Source of the DNA: Bdellovibrionales bacterium
GTDB lineage: Bacteria; Bdellovibrionota; Bdellovibrionia; Bdellovibrionales; JAGQZY01
Assembly: GCA_041736775.1 (NCBI GenBank)
Contig: JBGSSY010000232.1
Location: 1 to 37,027, forward strand
Direction of reading: 5' to 3'
DNA: 37,027 nucleotides
The position numbers were made by a program, and so were the translations under genes. This document shows, in pieces, positions 17,797 through 25,205 of the stretch (positions within the stretch are counted from its first letter, which is position 1; every line of letters begins with the position of its first letter). The notes below the pieces were generated by a model. It was not told where the DNA came from. It ran no database searches and saw only the letters and a program-made list of their open reading frames with translations.

Positions 17797-18268
17797 GGTT
17801 TCCCCCTCGTTTCAAGAAAGGTGAAGACATGTCACCCTCTATAATACGTAGGGTGTTAACCCCCTCGATGTTTTTCTTAAGGGAAATAAGCGCGCGGTCC
17901 TTAATTTTTTGAACTGCGGCTGAAGAAATACTGAGTTTAAAACCAATATCTCTGGTAGTGAGTCCATCCCAGAAAATAAATTCAAGAATCTCTCTTTGCT
18001 TTTCTGTAAGATTTATCAAGGCCAAAGATAATTCGCTTTGGAGGTCACGGTCCTCTTCTTGCTCAATAGTGTATTTGAGTTTCTCGGCAAGGCCAGTGTA
18101 GTGTTCTTCTTCAAGGATAGACTCGGTTCGTGGCGTCTCGATAAAATCGAGATAGTCCTCCCATGTCTTTTGATTCCAGAATTTGGAAATAGATTTTAAT
18201 TCGTCGTCTGTGAAGAGATAGCCTCTGCTGTTAAGCCAAGGTTTATTTAATTTTAATTGATTGCCCAT
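17753..18268 (-). CDS. sigma-70 region-4 / LuxR-type HTH protein (171 aa)
   Basis: LTEKQREILEFIFWDGLTTRDIGFKLSISSAAVQKIKDRALISLKK. No region 2 recognisable. Confidence 0.55.
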   Translation of the reverse strand: MGNQLKLNKPWLNSRGYLFTDDELKSISKFWNQKTWEDYLDFIETPRTESILEEEHYTGLAEKLKYTIEQEEDRDLQSELSLALINLTEKQREILEFIFWDGLTTRDIGFKLSISSAAVQKIKDRALISLKKNIEGVNTLRIIEGDMSSPFLKRGGNHESKFFKPQIVKAS

Positions 18269-18387
18269 AGCAAATTCCTTTAAAAGACCAGTGATTTACT
18301 GGTTTTACGATTAAGGAGTCCATTGCAGTGGTTGCCCTTAAATCTGATTAAAGAACCGCCCAGGGCTTTCCGGGTAGGTGTTTTATA

Positions 18388-18606
18388 TTAAATGTCTGTC
18401 AGTACTTTGTTTTGAATTTCGACCCGTTCTCCAGGTCTTCCGTTGTGAACGAATATTTTAAAGCTTCCGTTCTTAATTTTTAGTTCTTCCACTAAGACCA
18501 TAATTGCGTCTTTTAATCGGCTTTCTATTGTCTTCGGATATTTAGTGTTATTGTCCGGATCTCGAATATTTTTATTCGCTAAATTAGCTAATTTAATTTC
18601 ATTCAT
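18388..18606 (-). CDS. small protein, possibly YezD/DUF2292-like
   Basis: 72 aa with a strong RBS (AAGGGGGA). The C-terminal GSFKIFVHNGRPGERVEIQNKV resembles the DUF2292 core as I remember it. Confidence 0.35.
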   Translation of the reverse strand: MNEIKLANLANKNIRDPDNNTKYPKTIESRLKDAIMVLVEELKIKNGSFKIFVHNGRPGERVEIQNKVLTDI

Positions 18607-18724
18607 TTATTCCCCCTTATAAATCTCTGTATCCCCATACAGATAAGCGTTTTAAAGAACATATGATTATTTAGTCAACACTTTTTACTTGCTTTTAATT
18701 CGCTGATTTGGTTTAAAGTGATTC

Positions 18725-19171
18725 ATGAAGAAGAAACAGCATGATTTAGCAGATAAAATAAAGTCATTAAGAAAGGCTAAAGAGATTACTCAAGCCGAAC
18801 TTGATGAGATGGCACAGTTGCCGAAGTCTTCCGTCTCAAAAATAGAGAATGGTAAGAGAGAAGCAACGGCTAATGAGCTGGTTCGAATCGCTCATTGTTT
18901 AGGTGTTAATTTAAATGTTTTTTCTTCAAGTGATGATGCTTTTGTTTACGCCGAAGAAATTAAAGTGATCGAAGCTTTACGCGAGATTCCTTTTGATGAC
19001 TACCAGCGTTTAATAAAAACATTAGAAGCTCAAGTTTATTTTACATCGAAAGATGTGGGGAAAGAAAAAAAAGAATATTTGCAAGAACTCGTAGCCGTCC
19101 TCTCAAGACAGTCATCATCAGATCAAAGGCCGCGAAGCAATCATGCAGATAGGGTGAGGATAAGAAAGTAA
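18725..19171 (+). CDS. XRE-family HTH transcriptional regulator
   Basis: LRKAKEITQAELDEMAQLPKSSVSKIENGKREATANELVRIAHCLGV is a classic Cro/C1-type HTH. Divergent from the transfer-gene strand. Confidence 0.8.
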   Translation: MKKKQHDLADKIKSLRKAKEITQAELDEMAQLPKSSVSKIENGKREATANELVRIAHCLGVNLNVFSSSDDAFVYAEEIKVIEALREIPFDDYQRLIKTLEAQVYFTSKDVGKEKKEYLQELVAVLSRQSSSDQRPRSNHADRVRIRK

Positions 19172-19196
19172 ACCAATAATTTCACGGGGGGATAAA

Positions 19197-20327
19197 GTGG
19201 AAGTGGAAAAAGAAAATTGGGTGCCGAAGGAGCAGCCAAGCAGTCAAAAAAGTAGTGGGGAAGTGCAAGATACAACTTTAAAGGATTTGCCAAACATCAG
19301 GCTTCAGCCGGAGCAGATTGAAGAAATTCATGCAGATGAATATTCGCTAAAGCTATTCTATGCGACAAGAGTTCAGGCTCTTTCACTTGGGGAAGTGAAA
19401 AGAAGATTTCCTGAGCCTTCACCTAAAAAAGCATTATCAGTTTTAACTAGATATGTAGATTGCGGTCTTGTGCATATCACAAGTGAAGGAAAGTATTATT
19501 CAAACTTTCCAGAAAACTACATCAACTATTCAGATTATAAATATGACTCTGATCTTGAAGCCAAAAAAGACGCTAAGGTCTTTGAGATTATGAAAGAAAA
19601 TACTGGAAAGCCAGAATACTGGAAAACCAGAGCGTACTATTCAATTGATTCATTCTTTACACCAGAACAAACATTGGAGTTAAAAGCTATGTTCCAAGCC
19701 ATTAAATTTAAATCAAAACAATTTGCTCATGATAACGCTAAAAAAGGAAAAATAGATGGTCTAAATTTTAGAAGACTTAAATTTTACGACATGATTTTAA
19801 GTCTTTTGTTTGTCTTTTCTTTTGTTGCACAAACAAATTTTGCTCATGCTGGTAATGACCCCGGAGTAATTCAGCAATGGGCGCAGATGGATACAAATAT
19901 TTATCCACTAGCTGTCGATGTTCTGATCCAAAGAATGTATGAGTATCAGCCGTATGTTGCTGCGGGTGGGGGAAATGATCCGGGCCGTGCTTTGGTGCCA
20001 AATGGTATTAGAGCATTACCTTATAATCCTATGGGTGTGGTTAGATTCAATATGGATTCTTTTGTCGTGCAAGATTCAATTAACTTTAAAAGTGCATTGT
20101 CAGCAGGTGGTTATGATCCGGATTCTTCTATTTCTGCAGAAGAAATTGAAAGTTGTGAACAGGAGCTTATGGTATTTGATGGAGATCTGGGAAATGTTCA
20201 GGTTGATTGTCTCTATAATATAGAGAGAGTTTCAGTTGAAGAATGTTTCGGGGGCAATGAAGATCTGTGTAATCTCGTTCCAAAAATAAATTATATATAC
20301 AATTCTATTGGGACTTTCAATCAGTGA
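19197..20327 (+). CDS. hypothetical single-pass membrane protein
   Basis: GTG start after GGGGGGA. TM segment FYDMILSLLFVFSFVAQTNFAHA at mid-protein. The C-terminal half carries repeated GNDPG / GGGNDPG / GGYDPD motifs and paired cysteines. Confidence 0.5.
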   Translation: MEVEKENWVPKEQPSSQKSSGEVQDTTLKDLPNIRLQPEQIEEIHADEYSLKLFYATRVQALSLGEVKRRFPEPSPKKALSVLTRYVDCGLVHITSEGKYYSNFPENYINYSDYKYDSDLEAKKDAKVFEIMKENTGKPEYWKTRAYYSIDSFFTPEQTLELKAMFQAIKFKSKQFAHDNAKKGKIDGLNFRRLKFYDMILSLLFVFSFVAQTNFAHAGNDPGVIQQWAQMDTNIYPLAVDVLIQRMYEYQPYVAAGGGNDPGRALVPNGIRALPYNPMGVVRFNMDSFVVQDSINFKSALSAGGYDPDSSISAEEIESCEQELMVFDGDLGNVQVDCLYNIERVSVEECFGGNEDLCNLVPKINYIYNSIGTFNQ

Positions 20328-20338
20328 TATGTAGATAT

Positions 20339-20361
20339 AAACTGGGGCACTGCCCCAGTTT
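20339..20361. terminator. bidirectional rho-independent terminator between convergent genes
   Basis: AAACTGGGGC-act-GCCCCAGTTT: a 10-bp perfect stem with a 3-nt loop and A/T runs on both sides. Confidence 0.7.
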
Positions 20362-20381
20362 ATATTATATAAAATCATAAA

Positions 20382-20615
20382 TTACATATTTTGTGATGGT
20401 AGCTTAATTACCTCGGTAACTCTTGAAAGATCGACATCAACAAATGAATATCCATTTAGGTGGCAGTATTTCAATAGATAAGAATAAAAGTTTGTAGCGG
20501 CATACTCATTATTTTTTTTCTTTAGATTCTGAAACTTTTTATACGCTGTTTTAATTTCTGAATCTATTAGAATTTTATCATTCTTGTTTTTTAAGCGTTT
20601 CGTTTTTTTTCTCAA
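20382..20615 (-). CDS. hypothetical small basic protein downstream of the methyltransferase
   Basis: 77-aa ORF with only a TTG start available. Same strand as the MTase and 36 nt downstream of it. Lys-rich N-terminus. Confidence 0.3.
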   Translation of the reverse strand: MRKKTKRLKNKNDKILIDSEIKTAYKKFQNLKKKNNEYAATNFYSYLLKYCHLNGYSFVDVDLSRVTEVIKLPSQNM

Positions 20616-20651
20616 GTCTAGAGTTAAATCAGTTGTTGCAACATTATCTTT

Positions 20652-22187
20652 TTAGTTTCTCGATTTATATCCCTTAAATGACAGCTGAACTTTATCTAAA
20701 AGTGAGGCATTTGTTAGCTCGAATCCAGCTGTTGAGAGGCTATCCATCAAAGCTTGCCATACAGCACCACTTGAGCTGTTAAAAACTAAACTCATACATC
20801 CATTTCTTTTAAGTACACGATTCATTTCCTCAAAAGATTTTGTCATAAGATTTGAGTAATTATCTAAATCTTTGCCGCCTTTGCACGATTTGAGCGATTT
20901 ATTTACAACAGCTTCGTCCACAATTGATGTTGGATTACCAAGCCAAGCTTCTGCTATAAAATTGCAGTCTGCATAAAAAATATTCGCGCCGAAAGGTGGA
21001 TCTGTATAAATATAATCGATACTTGATTCATTTATTGTTTTCAAACTTGTGGCTGAGTTTCGATTTAACTTTACAAGTGAATTTGTTGAGTACTGGTTAA
21101 GAGAAGAGAAGTATTTGTACAGTGTATCGATCTTATTTGCAAAAATCTGATAGACGTTTCCTTCGCTGTAAAGCTGAGGGAAGTATAAAGTGCCAGTGAG
21201 TGGTCTATGGCCTCCTTTAGAATTGTATCTTCGCATCTTTGTCCCGTGCCAAGCTGTGTTTGTAAACGCAAGCATTAAAGCAGCTTGGATTCTCTGGTCT
21301 GCGATCTGAGTTATTTCTTGGTAAAGCGAAGTTAGTGCGAGCCAATTGGTGTCTGAGTAAAAATCTCTTAGTTTGGTTACATTTTGCAAATGTAATGCGG
21401 ACCTAATATGCATTTCACGATTAGCGTCAAATGGTGTATTCGCAATTTGATTAAATGAATTACAGCTACTAATTTTGGTTCTTGTCCTTTCAATAGGATT
21501 TTCTATTTCTTTGAGTTCAAGTCTACTAGACGTTTTTATTACTCCTGCTAGGGAGGCCCTTTTTTCAACAGCTTTTAGATTAGACTTACGATTTGATCTG
21601 TTGCAATTTGGACATTTTATAATCGATGGGACTTTGTAGTTTGGTGATTGTTTAGCTACTTCCCATGCGGAAATTTGTTTAGAGCAAAACTCACAAGAGA
21701 ATATGTCTGCAAAAACTAAGTAGCTAATTTCGCGTTCCGTACCATCAATTTTAGCAAAATAGGGTGATTTGTGTTTAAGTTTTTCAATTATAATATCAGA
21801 GATATGTTTTAATTTTACATGATCGCAGAATGCAACATGGTTGGCAGATAGATGAATTGCCAATGAGCCAATATCAGAAAGATATGCATTTCTTCCAGTT
21901 AATTTTGCAGCTAACCCCGTCATCCCGCTCCCACAAAATGGGTCTAAAATATTCTGGTTTTGCTTTGTGTTCGATAGGATTCTTTTTACAATATTATCTA
22001 CCGGTACTTTCGTTGGGTAAGAGTGTGTATTGTAGAAAATGCTTCCCTTACTACTGCCTAAGCCGAGTTTAAGGTCATATTTCATCTGGGTGTTGAAGAC
22101 TGTTTGATAAGACTCTAGATAACTATTCTGTGTATATATTTTATCAAAAAAAGTTATAGTCTTTTGGTTTAATTTTTGTTTCTTCAA
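20652..22187 (-). CDS. DNA (probably N6-adenine or N4-cytosine) methyltransferase with a zinc-ribbon insert
   Basis: HSYPTKVP...ILDPFCGSGMTG (AdoMet motif, aa 55-91). CEFC (165-168) and CPNC (192-195). IDYIYTDPPFG (catalytic motif IV, D396 = nt 21002-21000). TTG start with AGGAG 6 nt upstream. Confidence 0.85.
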   Translation of the reverse strand: MKKQKLNQKTITFFDKIYTQNSYLESYQTVFNTQMKYDLKLGLGSSKGSIFYNTHSYPTKVPVDNIVKRILSNTKQNQNILDPFCGSGMTGLAAKLTGRNAYLSDIGSLAIHLSANHVAFCDHVKLKHISDIIIEKLKHKSPYFAKIDGTEREISYLVFADIFSCEFCSKQISAWEVAKQSPNYKVPSIIKCPNCNRSNRKSNLKAVEKRASLAGVIKTSSRLELKEIENPIERTRTKISSCNSFNQIANTPFDANREMHIRSALHLQNVTKLRDFYSDTNWLALTSLYQEITQIADQRIQAALMLAFTNTAWHGTKMRRYNSKGGHRPLTGTLYFPQLYSEGNVYQIFANKIDTLYKYFSSLNQYSTNSLVKLNRNSATSLKTINESSIDYIYTDPPFGANIFYADCNFIAEAWLGNPTSIVDEAVVNKSLKSCKGGKDLDNYSNLMTKSFEEMNRVLKRNGCMSLVFNSSSGAVWQALMDSLSTAGFELTNASLLDKVQLSFKGYKSRN

Positions 22188-22351
22188 AATATTCTCCTGT
22201 TGAGTAAGGTTAACAGGGTTGAATAATTGAGTATTTTTTAAAATATATTTAACTGAACTTAAGTCTCATAAAACCAGCTCTTTGGCGAGTTGTTGCTTTT
22301 ACTGATCTTCTAGCTTTTGAGTACGGTTGTTTTTCAATTTACACTCATAAT

Positions 22352-22876
22352 ATGTTAAAACTACTAAGTGTGAAGCAGCTTCACGCTAATTTCATAGCTG
22401 ATCTAGAAAATCGAGTTGTTTCAACATCATCAATTACACAAAAACCACTTGATGTAATAGCTAGTCCACCAATGCGCAGCCTAAGAGTTTATTTGTATAA
22501 TTTAACTAAACCTCCTGGCGGAAGATCAGAGGATGAATACAAGATACAAATTATAATTCCAGGACAAGTGCGTGGCGAGAAAGGGAATTTTGACTTTTCC
22601 AAAGAAGATCATGTCGTGCTTTTGATAGGATATGAGCAAAATTTTGGAGTTTGGGCTCTCTGGGATGCTTATCTATATAAAGATATTTCCTATTCAAGAA
22701 ATGTACAAATTAAATCACATGCATTAATAAAAGCGGCTTCTTCTGGATTTGGCGAACAACAAAGAGAAACCAAAAATGGTTTAGAAACAGTTTTAACTTG
22801 TTCAAGAAAAAATCTAGCTGAAGCCGTTCAGAAAAGAATATCAATGTGGGTCAATGATCTTGTGAGCAAAATATGA
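22352..22876 (+). CDS. hypothetical protein, first gene of the nuclease-helicase operon
   Basis: 174 aa. Its stop overlaps the next start (ATGA). No catalytic motif recognised. Possibly a DNA or modification reader, which is speculation. Confidence 0.5.
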   Translation: MLKLLSVKQLHANFIADLENRVVSTSSITQKPLDVIASPPMRSLRVYLYNLTKPPGGRSEDEYKIQIIIPGQVRGEKGNFDFSKEDHVVLLIGYEQNFGVWALWDAYLYKDISYSRNVQIKSHALIKAASSGFGEQQRETKNGLETVLTCSRKNLAEAVQKRISMWVNDLVSKI

Positions 22877-25020
22877 CCCTTCAAGATCTTAAACTTCTCT
22901 TTTGTTATGACTCTGGTCCAAATGATCTGGCGGAGGAATTTTATATTCCATGTATGAAAAACTCACAAAGATATGATAGAGCTGTTGGTTTTTTTTCTAG
23001 CTCAATTTTTCAGATGAATTGGCGAGGTCTTCGTTATTTCTTAAAAAACAATGGACTTATTAGAATCGTATGCTCTCAACACATGCAACTAAAAGATGTT
23101 AAAATTATGACATCGACCAAAATTAATGCACAGAATGATATTCACGATGGTTTAATTAAAGAAATTGATAAACTTATGGAGAATGAATCTGGTCGAGCGG
23201 CTTTAGTAGTTTTTTCTTATCTCATCTCAACTGAAAGACTGAAGCTGAAGATTGCGGTTCCCGAGTCTTCATTAAACTCTAGTTCATTGTCTATCTTTCA
23301 TTCAAAAGTAGGTATTTTTACTGATGAAGTGGGTAGTAAGGTAGTTTTTAAGGGATCATCAAACGAATCGAATGGAGCTTTTTCTAAGGATGGAAACGCC
23401 GAGACTGTAGATGTTTATTGTTCTTGGATTAACCCTAACGAAAGTAAAAGAGTAGAAAAAGAATGCCAAAACTTTGAAAACTTATGGAAAAATGAATTTA
23501 CAGGATTAAGGGTGTTTGAATTTCCTGAGGCGATTAAGCAAAAAATATTAAAAATTTCTGACGGGAAAAATATAAATGATTTCCTGAAAATTCTTGAGAA
23601 TTTACCCAATGAAGACGATTTTGAAAAGATAAATATAGATGATTTATGCCTTTCTGTTAATAAAAAATTTTCGATGAGCTTACCCCTAAGGGAGCATCAG
23701 ATCAAATCTTTAAAAGAGTGGAATCAAGCAGGTTTTAAAGGATTAATGGAGCATGCAACGGGTTCAGGTAAAACTGTTACGGGAATATCGGCGGCAATCA
23801 CTGCATTGAACAATGGTTTATCTGTGATTATTCTAGTACCTAGTGCATTACTACTTGCCCAGTGGAAACTTGAAATTCAGAAACTGATTGAGCCAACTCC
23901 GCCAGTTCTACTTTGTGGGGACGGGAATAGAACATGGAAAAATTTTGGTTTAAAAAATTGGGTATCCGAAGCGGAGAATCCAAGGATTGTAATCTCAACA
24001 ATTTCTACTGCATGTTCTGATGAGTTTATAGAACAATTGGACCAAAGTAGTGGTTGGACACTAATTGTGGACGAAGTTCATAGAATTGGAAGTATAGGCT
24101 GTGAAAAGTTTTTAAGATTAAATCCCGAATATAGATTGGGTTTGAGTGCTACACCTACGCGTGCAGGTGATCCTCTGGGAACTAAAAGAATTGTAGATTT
24201 TTTTCAGACAGTACTACCGACAAAATTTGGTTTGTCTGATGCAATTCGTTTAGGTGTATTAACGCCGTATCATTACTCAATTCGAACAGTCGAGCTTACT
24301 CAAGAGGAAATGGAGAAGTGGATATCAATTTCCAGAAAGCTTGCAGTTCTGAGCTCAGGGCAAGAATCAGGTGATTCTAATTGTATTGCTCAAATTGAAA
24401 GACTTTTGATTGAGAGATTTCGTATCGTAAAGGGTGCTGAAAATAAAATTGAAAAGGCAGTGAATTTGATAGCTGATAGATATAGTCAGGGCGACAGATG
24501 GATCGTCTATTGCGATTCAGTTTCCCAGCTTGAGAGTCTATTTGTAGGATTATCCCGAACTTCGATTACAGTTTCAAAGTATTACGCAGGTATGGCTGGT
24601 GATCAAAAGCAAACTTTAAGATTTTTTGAGCGGGTTGGAGGCGTGGTTCTATCAATTCGTTGCCTTGATGAGGGGATTGATATCCCCGCAGCTAGTCATG
24701 CGCTTATTATTGCAAGCTCTCAAAATCCGAGAGAATTTATTCAGAGGAGAGGGCGTGTCCTTAGAAAATCTCCTAACAAGTCTATTTCATATATTACTGA
24801 TCTAATCACGTTGCCGTCTCTAGATTATTTGGATGAAGAAGCAAAATCTTGCGGAAGGTTTATAACAGCTGAACTTGCAAGAGCATCTCTTTTTGCAAAA
24901 GACGCAATAAATCCAAATGTTACATTTGATATAGAAAGAATTGCTGAACGTTTTGCAATAAATATTAAAGAAAATTCTGAAGATGGAATTGAGAATGATT
25001 TGGAGGAAAATAATGAGTGA
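22873..25020 (+). CDS. HKD (phospholipase-D-family) nuclease fused to an SF2 (ResIII/DEAH-type) helicase
   Basis: N-terminal YDRAVGFFSSS and a single HKD motif HSKVGIFTD...GSSNES (H143 = nt 23299). Helicase motifs: ATGSGKT (I), LIVDEVH (II), SAT (III), QRRGRVLR (VI). Confidence 0.85.
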   Translation: MTLQDLKLLFCYDSGPNDLAEEFYIPCMKNSQRYDRAVGFFSSSIFQMNWRGLRYFLKNNGLIRIVCSQHMQLKDVKIMTSTKINAQNDIHDGLIKEIDKLMENESGRAALVVFSYLISTERLKLKIAVPESSLNSSSLSIFHSKVGIFTDEVGSKVVFKGSSNESNGAFSKDGNAETVDVYCSWINPNESKRVEKECQNFENLWKNEFTGLRVFEFPEAIKQKILKISDGKNINDFLKILENLPNEDDFEKINIDDLCLSVNKKFSMSLPLREHQIKSLKEWNQAGFKGLMEHATGSGKTVTGISAAITALNNGLSVIILVPSALLLAQWKLEIQKLIEPTPPVLLCGDGNRTWKNFGLKNWVSEAENPRIVISTISTACSDEFIEQLDQSSGWTLIVDEVHRIGSIGCEKFLRLNPEYRLGLSATPTRAGDPLGTKRIVDFFQTVLPTKFGLSDAIRLGVLTPYHYSIRTVELTQEEMEKWISISRKLAVLSSGQESGDSNCIAQIERLLIERFRIVKGAENKIEKAVNLIADRYSQGDRWIVYCDSVSQLESLFVGLSRTSITVSKYYAGMAGDQKQTLRFFERVGGVVLSIRCLDEGIDIPAASHALIIASSQNPREFIQRRGRVLRKSPNKSISYITDLITLPSLDYLDEEAKSCGRFITAELARASLFAKDAINPNVTFDIERIAERFAINIKENSEDGIENDLEENNE

Positions 25021-25204
25021 ACTTAAAGAGTTGGCATCGGTCTTAAAGCGAATATGGGATGATATGGAAGAAGATCAAAAAATTGATTTTGAGTTAGCGG
25101 AAAAGATTTTAATAGCTGAATCAGAGAATTTAGAAGATCCGCAAAGAGCCAAACAAGCTATTACTATGTTAGTTGAAGAGTATCTTGAAAATAAAGTGAG
25201 GTAA
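25013..25204 (+). CDS. small acidic protein (63 aa)
   Basis: ATG at 25013 after GGAGG, overlapping the helicase stop by 8 nt. 17 D/E versus 9 K/R by my count. The track's longer start at 24983 lacks an RBS. Confidence 0.5.
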   Translation: MSELKELASVLKRIWDDMEEDQKIDFELAEKILIAESENLEDPQRAKQAITMLVEEYLENKVR

Positions 25205-25205
25205 T

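Noticed and set aside
18287-18303. ACCAGT-gattt-ACTGGT hairpin upstream of the 171-aa sigma-like gene as an attenuator or terminator
   Set aside because: It has only a 6-bp stem. That is too weak to call without transcript data.
20652-25020. Classifying the methyltransferase plus PLD-helicase pair as DISARM, BREX or a standard Type I/III R-M system
   Set aside because: There is no DUF1998, second SNF2 helicase, PglZ/BrxC, or HsdS/HsdR- or Mod/Res-like organisation. The helicase-nuclease is fused to an HKD domain and is embedded in an operon with an SMC-like ATPase.
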